Positions 19,051 through 27,180 of a DNA stretch of 64,000 nucleotides are shown one piece after another. Within the stretch, counting starts at the first letter, position 1, and each line of letters begins with the position of its first letter. The position numbers and the translations under genes are program-made. This stretch comes from Streptomyces thermolineatus (GTDB lineage: Bacteria > Actinomycetota > Actinomycetes > Streptomycetales > Streptomycetaceae): assembly GCF_039533165.1 (NCBI RefSeq), contig NZ_BAAATA010000012.1; one strand, given 5' to 3'. The notes below the pieces were generated by a model. That model was not told where the DNA came from and did not search any database. It was given only the letters and a program-made list of their open reading frames with translations.

Positions 19051-19587
19051 GTGCTGATGAAGACTGACATTCCCTCTTCCGTGACTCCGTGTTTCGCCAT
19101 CACCTCCAGCGAGCGGGCGTTCCCCCGGCATCCGTACTCCGTGCGGGCCGCACGGGACCACGTCGCCGCCGTGGTCTCCCGGCTCGCCCCACCCCCGCCG
19201 GGACCTCCGGCTCCTCCGGCCGGTGACGACCGGCTGGACGACGTCCTGGTGTGCGTCTCGGAGCTGGCCACCAACGCCCTGGTCCACGGCGCCCCGCCGG
19301 ACTGCGGTTTCCTGCTGCGGATCACCCTGGTCCGCACGTCCGCCACCGGGGCGGCGACCCTGCGCGTCGAGGTGCACGACGACGGGAAGGACCTGCCGGA
19401 GCAGGCCCCGGACCGGCTCTCTGTCTCCGCCCCCGGCCGGGAGGGCGTGCCCGGGACCGGCGGCCGCGGACTGCTGCTCGTCTCCGCCCTCGCCGACGCC
19501 TGGGGCGTCTCCCGCTTCCGCACCGGCCCGGGCAAGGCGGTCTGGGCCGAGTTCCGGTTCCCCCGGGGCGCGGGCGGAGAGCACTGA
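19051..19587 (+). CDS. ATP-binding protein (HATPase_c, anti-sigma-factor/Ser kinase-like) divergent from WhiJ-like regulator
   Basis: LDDVLVCVSELATNALVHG (N-box) and GTGGRGLLLVSALADAWGV (G-box) are present. The arrangement is the typical third member of XRE/DUF397/ATPase loci. Confidence 0.75.
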   Translation: MLMKTDIPSSVTPCFAITSSERAFPRHPYSVRAARDHVAAVVSRLAPPPPGPPAPPAGDDRLDDVLVCVSELATNALVHGAPPDCGFLLRITLVRTSATGAATLRVEVHDDGKDLPEQAPDRLSVSAPGREGVPGTGGRGLLLVSALADAWGVSRFRTGPGKAVWAEFRFPRGAGGEH

Positions 19588-19921
19588 GGCGGGCACCCGG
19601 CGCGCGGCCCGGGAGCGGCGGACGTTGTCGGACCCGTCTGCGACGGTGCGCGCGGGGCGGCGCGAGGAGCCGTCCGGATCGGCACCGGGGGCATGATGAC
19701 AAATCGCGACCACGGCTGGGCGGGTGTGACCTGGAAGGACCGGCAGGACCACGAGGTCGTCCGGCGGCGTCTCGACCACGGGGCCGATCCGGAGGGATGG
19801 GGCGCTGGGGCCTGTTGTGAATGTCCTGATCGCGCGGGGTCCGGCGCCCACTGGGGGTGTCATTGTCAGTGGTGCTGTGCATGATCGGCGCGTCAGCTTT
19901 TCGCGGAGGCAGGGAAGCACC

Positions 19922-20263
19922 ATGCCGATCACAAACCAGCAGGTAACGGAGCACGCGTTCCTGCGGCAGATGTACGACGACTCGTACTTCCCCGATCGTG
20001 TGGTCGATCAGGGGAAGGCGATCCTGCTGCGGCTGTGCGAACGCATCGAGGCCAAGCAGCCGCTGGACCTGGAGAGCCTGTACGCACTCACCCGGGCTGC
20101 GACGGAGGAGTTCAACCTGCTGGACAGGGAGTTCGTGGCGGCCGGGAGCGAGATCGAGACGGTGGCGCGGGAGTGGATCTGTGACGAGTTTTGCTTTGTC
20201 GCGTCGGCATACGGGTTCATGGACGCGGATGCGGAGGAGCTGACCTCCGGCCGGGACTGGTGA
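19922..20263 (+). CDS. hypothetical small protein (113 aa), markedly lower GC than surroundings
   Basis: The protein reads MPITNQQVTEHAFLRQMYDDSYFPDRVVDQGKAILLRLCERIEAKQPLDLESLYALTRAATEEFNLLDREFVAAGSEIETVAREWICDEFCFVASAYGFMDADAEELTSGRDW. A GGAGGCAGGG RBS is present. Composition is roughly 60% GC against >70% for the neighbours. Confidence 0.5.
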   Translation: MPITNQQVTEHAFLRQMYDDSYFPDRVVDQGKAILLRLCERIEAKQPLDLESLYALTRAATEEFNLLDREFVAAGSEIETVAREWICDEFCFVASAYGFMDADAEELTSGRDW

Positions 20264-20269
20264 ACGACG

Positions 20270-21202
20270 ACGGGAAGGCCGCCTCCGATCAGAGCCATTC
20301 GTTGAGGGCTGCGATCAGCACGGTCGCCTCGTGGCGGACGGCGAGCTTGTCGTAGCGGGTGGCCACGGCACGGTGCCTCTTGAGGCGGTTGTCCCGCGCT
20401 CGGCCGCGTGGCGCTGGCGGTGGTCGGCCGGGGCGAAGCGCGGCGGCCGACCACGGCGGGAGCCGAGTTTCAGGCGGTTGCGCGCCTGGTCGGCCTTGTC
20501 CGGGATGGTGCAGCGGATCCCGCGGCGGCGCAGGTAGGCGCGGTTCCTTCGGGAGGCGTACGCCTTGTCAGCACGCACTCGATCGGGACGGACACGTGGC
20601 CGGCCCGATGCGAGGCACGCGGACCTTTGCCGGCACGGGTTCGAACTGCGGTGAGTCCCCGCGCTGTCCTGCCGTGATCACGATCGGCATGGGCTTCCGG
20701 CCCTGCTCGAAGACCAGGTGCAGCTTGGTGGTGAACCCGCCGCGCGAGCGTCCCGGCCCGTGATCACGGGGTTCGGTGAAGACGCCACCTGGTGGTTCCT
20801 TCTGCAGGTCGCCCTGGCTGCGGGCTCCGGCCGCGTGCTGGTGGGCACGACGGACCGTGGAGTCGACGCTCGGGTCCCGGGTGATCGCCCCCTCCGCGTC
20901 AGCCGGGACCTGAAGCCGGGTGAGGACCCTGTGCCGGGTTCCGTCCCGCTGCCACCGGCGGAACAGGTCATAGACCCGGCCCCGCGGTCCGTGCTCGACG
21001 GGGACGCCCCGCCACGGAACACCGGTCCGGACCCGGAACCGTATGCCGTCGATCAGACGCCGCCGGGGCCGGACGGGCGGCCGCCCTGCCCCGGCGCCCT
21101 TCGGCAACAACGGCTCCAGCACCGCCCACTGCTCGTCCGTGGGATCTCCCCGACCCATGAACCTGATCATCCACAGCCCGAGAGCCGCTTTCGATGCACG
21201 GC
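20270..21202 (-). mobile_element. IS5-family (IS427/DUF4096-type) insertion sequence, ~0.93 kb, transposase disrupted
   Basis: The transposase N-terminus reads MIRFMGRGDPTDEQWAVLEPLLPKGAGAGRPPVRPRRRLIDGIRFRVRTGVPWRGVPVEHGPRGRVYDLFRRWQRDG. The DDE region reads DKAYASRRNRAYLRRRGIRCTIPDK. The canonical C-terminus RDNRLKRHRAVATRYDKLAVRHEATVLIAAINEWL* is only readable in a third frame ending at 20290. Boundaries are inferred from the transposase start and stop. TIRs and target duplication were not verified. Confidence 0.7.
20290..21170 (-). pseudogene. IS5-family transposase with frame disruptions
   Basis: The coding potential is split over three frames. ORF 20568..21170 is the N-terminal part. 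ORF 20315..20578 is the central part. A further frame carries the C-terminal NRLKRHRAVATRYDK...NEWL. The last shift looks like a 1-bp deletion within the conserved INRLK codons. The first shift could be a natural orfA/orfB frameshift site. Confidence 0.6.
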
Positions 21203-22231
21203 CTAGTAGTAACGCAGCAGCGCGCCCTGGCCGCGATGGTCGGAGTACTGCGGGGCCAGGGTGCCGGCGCCGCCGGCCGACTGGCGGGCGAGCGCGTAGT
21301 CGACGGTGACCTGGTTGTAGACGGCGTAGGTCTTCACAAACAGGAAGTCGATCCGGGTACTGGCGTGGGTCCAGTGATTGGCGTCCAGGCAGTTGTAGTC
21401 GCCCCCGCAAGCACGGTACATCGCGTCCTTCCAGCCCAGGTTCGCGACGGTGGTGCCGCAGGTACCGGGGTAGTCGACGTTGGTGCCCTTGTACCAGCAC
21501 TCCCAGGCGACCTGCCCGGAGGAGTTGAGGGTGCCGTCGAGGTGGTTCCAGTCCCCCGCCATGATCTGCATCGACGCCGAGCCGAGGCCCTGGACCGCCG
21601 AGCTGATGCTCTTCGTGTTCTCCCACGCGCAGTCGGCGTCGGGGTTGGACGCGTTGTCCGCGACGACGGGCAGGTGGACGGATGCCACGTTGATGAACTT
21701 GCTCGTGTCGAGGTCGTCCTTGAGGCGCAGCACCAATGCGTACCAGTTGCTCAGAGTGGTGCAGTCCGCGTCCGCGTTCGCCCGCGTCTTGAGCTGGACC
21801 TCCTGCATGGTGCCGCCGACGTACGACAGCCGACCGGTCCGGTACGCGATGGCGGATCCGCCGGTCTCCGCCGTCTCGTAGCAGTGGTAGTCGAGCCCCC
21901 CGGTGCTGTTCTGCAGGTCGGTCACGAACTGCTGGCAGCTCGGGACGCCCAGCGACGCCGTGCCGGCCTCCTGCAGCGTCACGATGTCCGGCACGTACGC
22001 GACCCGGGCCGGGTCGGTGATGTAGGCGATGAACTCGCGGTAGTCGGTGCAGGGGCTGGTGCCGCAGCTGCTCGAATCGGTGCGCATGTGGTGCGTGTTG
22101 AGGTTCCAGACCTGCAGCCGGTCGGTCGGCGCGCCTGTCTGGCCGGCGGCGTACGCGGTCCCGGCGTGCACCGTCACGATGCCGAGCGCGCCCATCAGTG
22201 CCGCGACGATGAAGGTCAGCAGAGACCTCAT
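21203..22231 (-). CDS. secreted endonuclease/exonuclease/phosphatase (EEP) family protein
   Basis: The signal peptide is MRSLLTFIVAALMGALGIVTVHAGTAYAAG. LQVWNLNTHHM, IVTLQE, MAGDWNHLD and SDHRG are EEP catalytic motifs. The 5' end of the gene is low in GC. The stop codon lies directly at the IS boundary. Confidence 0.65.
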   Translation of the reverse strand: MRSLLTFIVAALMGALGIVTVHAGTAYAAGQTGAPTDRLQVWNLNTHHMRTDSSSCGTSPCTDYREFIAYITDPARVAYVPDIVTLQEAGTASLGVPSCQQFVTDLQNSTGGLDYHCYETAETGGSAIAYRTGRLSYVGGTMQEVQLKTRANADADCTTLSNWYALVLRLKDDLDTSKFINVASVHLPVVADNASNPDADCAWENTKSISSAVQGLGSASMQIMAGDWNHLDGTLNSSGQVAWECWYKGTNVDYPGTCGTTVANLGWKDAMYRACGGDYNCLDANHWTHASTRIDFLFVKTYAVYNQVTVDYALARQSAGGAGTLAPQYSDHRGQGALLRYY

Positions 22232-22574
22232 GGACCGCTTGGCCCGTCGTACGCGTCGGTCCGCCGGCACTGCCGGGGCGACCGCCGCCACCCCTCTGAA
22301 TGCCTTGTTCATGTCAATGTTCACGAGCGGTCAGTCTGATGGACCGTCAAAGACAATGGCAACAGGACTGGCACGTTCCGCGCAAAGCCTGTCGGCGGGG
22401 CGAGCGGGGGTGACCGGGTGCCCCGCTCGTGCACGGCCCACGGCCGACCCGGCAGTCGTACCGGCGGCCGTAGCCCCGTCGAAGGCGCCGCTGGAAGCCG
22501 GTTTCCGGGCATGGGCCCCGAGGCACGGCGGAAACCGGTTGGCAGAGGCCGGAGTCCACGGCCAGGATCACGGT

Positions 22575-23177
22575 ATGACGGTTTTCCTGGCGACCGGCCG
22601 GATGGTGCTGCGCCCGTTCACCGGGGCCGACGCGGACCACTTGGCCGCCCTCGACGGCGACCCGGAGGTCATGCGGTTCCTCGACGGGGGCGGCCCGACC
22701 TCCCCCGAGGCGGTTCGGGCGCACGTCCTGCCCCGGCTGATGTCCCGCCACGCGTGGCCCGCGGTCCACGGCTACTGGGCCGCCGAGGCCGGGGGTGGCG
22801 AGGGGAGCGGCGGAGGCGCCGGCCGCGCCGGGGAGTTCCTGGGCTGGTTCGAGTTCCGGCCGCTGGACGAGGACGGCGGCGGCGGGACGGTCGAGCTCGG
22901 GTACCGGCTGCGCCGGGCGGCCTGGGGGCTCGGACTGGCCACCGAGGGGGCCCGGGCCCTGCTGCACAAGGGATTCACCGAGCTCGGCGTGGAGCGCGTG
23001 ACGGCCACCACGATGGCGGTCAACGTCGGCTCCCGCCGGGTGATGGAGAAGGCCGGGCTGCGGTACGTGCGCACCTTCCACCAGGAGTGGCCGCACCCGC
23101 TGCCGGGATCCGAGCACGGCGAGGTGGAGTACGCGCTGACCGCGCAGGAGTGGCGGCGGGAGGCCCCGCCCGCCTGA
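22575..23177 (+). CDS. GNAT family N-acetyltransferase (RimJ/RimL-like)
   Basis: MTVFLATGRMVLRPFTGADADHLAALDGDPEVMRFL is typical of the Acetyltransf_3 N-terminus. The acetyl-CoA motif RRAAWGLGLATEGARALL is present. Confidence 0.75.
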   Translation: MTVFLATGRMVLRPFTGADADHLAALDGDPEVMRFLDGGGPTSPEAVRAHVLPRLMSRHAWPAVHGYWAAEAGGGEGSGGGAGRAGEFLGWFEFRPLDEDGGGGTVELGYRLRRAAWGLGLATEGARALLHKGFTELGVERVTATTMAVNVGSRRVMEKAGLRYVRTFHQEWPHPLPGSEHGEVEYALTAQEWRREAPPA

Positions 23178-23343
23178 ACGCCGGAGCCGGCGAACCGCGG
23201 CGGCAAACCATAAAGGGGAAAGGGCGAAACAGACAGGTCTTCTACGCTTTGCCACCCCGGTCCCGCCGATGCGCCGGCAGGGCGGCCACCCGGCCGCCGT
23301 TGCTCAACGGTTGCTCAATTCCCTTGGGAATCAAGGAAGCAGC

Positions 23344-25500
23344 GTGGGACGATCAGTGACTTGCACCACACTGTGCGTTCCTGCGCCCGCGCGTGTCCGA
23401 GGGGAGACAAGCAGCGTGCCCGAACCACCCGAACACCCCGTCGGCATCGAGGGGATAGAGGCGCTCTACCGCGAGTGCCGGCAGCGTACCGGCAGCACCC
23501 GGCGACGGCGGGAGGGGGACCTGCCGGTCATCGTGCTGGTGGGCCGCCGGGGCAACGGCAAGACCGCCGTGCTCAAGTGGCTCCGGCACCGCGGGTCGCG
23601 GCGCCCCTGCGCGATGTACGACTTCCGCGACGCGGGCGCGGTGCGGCCCCACGAGGTGGCCCGGCAGATCGCCTTCGGCCTGTCCCAGCGCCTGCACCGG
23701 CAGCCTCCGCTGTACTTCCCGCGGCTGCAGCTGGGGCTGCTGGCGGTCGCCCCGGGGCTGACCCTGGACGGCTCCGACGCCCGGCTCGCCGGCGCACAGC
23801 TGCGGGAGGCGCTGCGGCGCGACGAGGCGCGGGGCCAGTTCGCCGACCAGGTGTCGAACGCGGTCGGGTTCCTGCAGGAGCTCAACCTGCTGCCCGTCCC
23901 CGGTGTCGCGTTCGCGGCCGGCCTGCTCCTGCGCGGCCGGTCGGTGCTGCCGCCCAGGGCCGTGTGGAGGACCGGCCTGGCCTGGTACAGCCGGCACCGC
24001 CAGCACGCGCCGCTGGACGCGCTGGTGCACCTGAACAAGCTGAGCAGGAGCACCTCGCCCGCCGACCTGGCCGAGGTCGACGAGCAGTTGTGCAGGGCCT
24101 TCCTCGCCGACCTGCGCGCCGGCTACCGGCGCGGCCGGCGGGACCGCAACTGCACGGTCCTGCTGGACAACGTCGACAGCCCCGGGGGCCGCCCGTTCCT
24201 GGACCTGCTGGTGCGGCTGCGCGACACCGACGCGCAGGACGGCCTGGACCCCGACCCGCTGGTCGTCCTCGCCACCGCCTCGACGATCCGCAGGGTGCCC
24301 GGAGTGTCCTCCGCCGGGCCGGGGCTGCCGCGGATCCGGCAGGCGGAGGCCGTCTCCTACCGGGACTGGGCCGACAGCCGGCCGGCCCGCCCGCACGACA
24401 GCACCTGGCGCTGGTACCCCGTGCAACTGCCCGACCTGACCGCCGCCGAGGTCTCCCGGCTGGGCGCGCGGCTGGCGCCGCGGCTGCCGGAGGCCACCCC
24501 GCTGGTACACCGGCTGACCTACGGCCACCCGTGGAGCGTGCACCTGCTGCACGGGGCGGTCTCGGAGATCATCGGCCAGGGCGGCGGCGACCCGGAGCTG
24601 CGCAGGATCCTGGAGCGGGAGGTGGAGCCGCAGGACGGCGCGGGCGGCACTGGCGCCCCGCACGGCGCGGGCGGCACCGGCGGCGCGGTGCGGCTGGAGC
24701 AGCACGCCCTGCACCACCTGCTGCAGGACCTGGGCGACCAGCAGCGCAGGGCCCTCGTCCTGTGCTCGGCGGCGCGGGAGTTCGACACGGCCACCGACGC
24801 CGGGCTGCTGACGCGCTTCACCGAGCAGACCCAGCGGACGCTGGGTCAGGAGGTCCGCTCCCGGCTGTGGCTCGTCGACCCGGTCCCGGAGGACGCGGGC
24901 ACCCGCGGCGGCAGGGGGTCCGGCTACCTCCTCGGCCCGGCGGCGCCGCACCTGCTGAGCAGCGGTCCGGTCATGCACACCTGGCTGCGGCTGCTCCTGC
25001 TCGGGGAGCTGGCCGGCCTTCCGGACTCCAGCCCGCTGAACTGGACCACGGCGCACGAGCAGCTGTGCGGCTGGCACCGGGACCACGACCGGCCCGTGGA
25101 CGCCCTGTACCACCGGCTGGCGCTCGGCGGGCTCGACGAGGTCGTCGAGCACCTGTCCGCCCGCATGTGGGAGCTGCCCGGCACCGCGGCCTGGCTGTAC
25201 GAGCTGTACGCGGTCACCGCGGCCCCGATGCGGCGGCCCGTGGACCCGGAGGTCTCGGCCGCCGAGCGGGCGGACGCCCTGGCGCGCGAGCTGGCGCCGC
25301 GGTCCTTCCGCGACAGCCGCTCCCTCGCCGTGCTGACCGCCGCGCTGTGGCTGGCGGCCGACCCGCGCAACCGCCTGCCCAACGCCGCTCCCGAGCTGAA
25401 CTACACGATCAGCTCGATGTTCCTGGAACTGGCCGTGACCTCCGACGCCCGCATCGCCGGGCTGCGGCACGAGGCCGCCCGGTACGACGTCCACCTGTGA
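23344..25500 (+). CDS. STAND-type P-loop NTPase (NB-ARC-like core) with C-terminal helical domain
   Basis: The Walker A is VIVLVGRRGNGKTAVLKWL and the Walker B is CTVLLDNVD. Sensor-like LVVLATASTIRR and a GxP-like HRLTYGHPWSVHLL follow. The ~330-aa helical C-terminal region has no recognisable effector domain. The GTG at 23344 has an AAGGAAG RBS. The ORF is open from 23269. Confidence 0.6.
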   Translation: MGRSVTCTTLCVPAPARVRGETSSVPEPPEHPVGIEGIEALYRECRQRTGSTRRRREGDLPVIVLVGRRGNGKTAVLKWLRHRGSRRPCAMYDFRDAGAVRPHEVARQIAFGLSQRLHRQPPLYFPRLQLGLLAVAPGLTLDGSDARLAGAQLREALRRDEARGQFADQVSNAVGFLQELNLLPVPGVAFAAGLLLRGRSVLPPRAVWRTGLAWYSRHRQHAPLDALVHLNKLSRSTSPADLAEVDEQLCRAFLADLRAGYRRGRRDRNCTVLLDNVDSPGGRPFLDLLVRLRDTDAQDGLDPDPLVVLATASTIRRVPGVSSAGPGLPRIRQAEAVSYRDWADSRPARPHDSTWRWYPVQLPDLTAAEVSRLGARLAPRLPEATPLVHRLTYGHPWSVHLLHGAVSEIIGQGGGDPELRRILEREVEPQDGAGGTGAPHGAGGTGGAVRLEQHALHHLLQDLGDQQRRALVLCSAAREFDTATDAGLLTRFTEQTQRTLGQEVRSRLWLVDPVPEDAGTRGGRGSGYLLGPAAPHLLSSGPVMHTWLRLLLLGELAGLPDSSPLNWTTAHEQLCGWHRDHDRPVDALYHRLALGGLDEVVEHLSARMWELPGTAAWLYELYAVTAAPMRRPVDPEVSAAERADALARELAPRSFRDSRSLAVLTAALWLAADPRNRLPNAAPELNYTISSMFLELAVTSDARIAGLRHEAARYDVHL

Positions 25501-25584
25501 TCGGCGGTCCGGCGGACCGCCGGACCGCGCGCCCCGCCCGGCAGTGAACCGCTCGCCGGGCAGCGCACCGAAGGGAGCGCCCCG

Positions 25585-27132
25585 ATGACCCCGTCCAGGT
25601 CCGTGCCGGACCCTCTGTCCGCCTTCGACGCCCCCTACGACCCCGTCCCTCCCTGGTGGAGGGGGTGGCGCGGGACCGTGGCGGTGCTGCTCGCCCTCGC
25701 ACTGGCCGCCGCCGGAGCCGTGTGGCTGGCCCTGCCGGAGGACACCTCCTGCGCCGAGGGGGTGGCGCGGGTCTCCCCGGAGGGGGAGTGCGTCGGGCTG
25801 ACCGACGGCAGCCACGCCTTCTCCTCCGACCTCGAGCACGTCTTCGGCCTGATCCGGAAGGAGAACGAGCGGGTCGTGGAGCAGGCCGGCAAGCCCGGCG
25901 GGGCGCCGTACGTCAGCGTCGTCTACCTGATGCGGATGGTCCCGGGCCCCGGTGACACCAACACCCTCGCCTCCGTCCGGCACGAACTGCAGGGCGCCCA
26001 CATCGCCCAGTACCAGGCCAACCACGCCGGGGTGCGCGGCGACTCCCCGCAGATCAGGCTGCTGCTCGCGCACACGGGGGCGGGCAAGCAGGAGCGGGAC
26101 TTCACCCTGGAGCGGATCCGGGAACGCAGGAAGCAGGACCGGATCGTGGCGGTCGCGGGCCTGGGCACCAGCACCGACGCCACCGAGACCACCGTGCGCC
26201 GGCTCATCCGCACCGGGCTCCCGGCCGTCGGCGCGGTGATCACCTCCAACAGCCTGGAGGGGATCAACGGCCTGGTGCGGGTCGCCCCCTCCAACGCGGA
26301 CGAGGCCGCGGCCGCCGCGCACTACCTGAAGGAGTCGCACCCGAGGGCGAAGGTGCTGCTCGTGCGGGACCGCCGCAAGGACGACCACTACAGCAAGACC
26401 CTCGCCGAGTCCTTCGAGAAGAACTTCCCCGCCGACCGGATCGTGCAGCGGATGGAGTTCGACTCCTCCCGCAGCAGCGTGTCGACGTACTTCACCATCC
26501 AGACGGCGAACCTGTGCCAGGCGAAACCGGACGTGGTCTTCTTCGCCGGCCGCGGGGTCGACCTGCCCAGGATGCTCAGCCCGCTGTCCGGCCGGCACTG
26601 CAAGGACCGCGAGCTGACGGTGATCTCCGGCGACGACGCCTCGCAGACCGCCCAGGCCGAGGGGTTCGACAAGGTCACCGAGGCGCTGCAGCGGGGCAGG
26701 ATCCGTCTGGTCTACACCGGGCTGGCCCACCAGGACGCGTGGAAGAAGGAACCGGGCGCCTTCGACCCGGTGGCGGTCGGCGTGTTCGGCAAGGACGGCC
26801 GCTTCCGGAAGGCGTTCCCCCGCGAGGGGCTCGACGACGGCCAGGCGATCATGGGGCACGACGCCGTCGTCACCGCGGTCGCCGCGATCCGCGAGGCCAC
26901 CCGCGGGGTCCCGGCCCAGAAGATCACCGGGAGCGACGTCATGCAGCTGCTGTCCGCCCTCCAGGGCGAGACCGCCGTGGCCGGTGCCAGCGGGCTGATC
27001 AGCCTGGCGCCCAACGGCAGCCCGGTCGACAAGGCGATCCCGGTCATCGAGATAGACGGCCGCGGCCGGGTGTCCACCGTGGCGGTCTCCTCCCGCACCG
27101 GCGAGCCGCCGCGCGGCACCCCCGGCGGGTGA
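25585..27132 (+). CDS. membrane-anchored periplasmic-binding-protein type 1 (Leu/Ile/Val-binding/Peripla_BP_6-like) domain protein
   Basis: An N-terminal cytoplasmic segment precedes a single TM (GTVAVLLALALAAAGAVWLAL). The extracytoplasmic domain has PBP1 features (IVAVAGLGTSTDA, AVGAVITSNSLEG, KVLLVRD, DVVFFAG). The RBS is AAGGGAG. Confidence 0.6.
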   Translation: MTPSRSVPDPLSAFDAPYDPVPPWWRGWRGTVAVLLALALAAAGAVWLALPEDTSCAEGVARVSPEGECVGLTDGSHAFSSDLEHVFGLIRKENERVVEQAGKPGGAPYVSVVYLMRMVPGPGDTNTLASVRHELQGAHIAQYQANHAGVRGDSPQIRLLLAHTGAGKQERDFTLERIRERRKQDRIVAVAGLGTSTDATETTVRRLIRTGLPAVGAVITSNSLEGINGLVRVAPSNADEAAAAAHYLKESHPRAKVLLVRDRRKDDHYSKTLAESFEKNFPADRIVQRMEFDSSRSSVSTYFTIQTANLCQAKPDVVFFAGRGVDLPRMLSPLSGRHCKDRELTVISGDDASQTAQAEGFDKVTEALQRGRIRLVYTGLAHQDAWKKEPGAFDPVAVGVFGKDGRFRKAFPREGLDDGQAIMGHDAVVTAVAAIREATRGVPAQKITGSDVMQLLSALQGETAVAGASGLISLAPNGSPVDKAIPVIEIDGRGRVSTVAVSSRTGEPPRGTPGG

Positions 27133-27180
27133 CGCGGCCGGACGGCCCGGCGCGCACCGTGGCGGTCCGGGCGGCGGCCG

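Noticed and set aside
20264-21205. Terminal inverted repeats and target-site duplication of the IS5-family element
   Set aside because: Only a short GGCCG match between the presumed ends could be seen by eye, and no clear flanking direct repeat. Boundaries are therefore given as approximate and not asserted.
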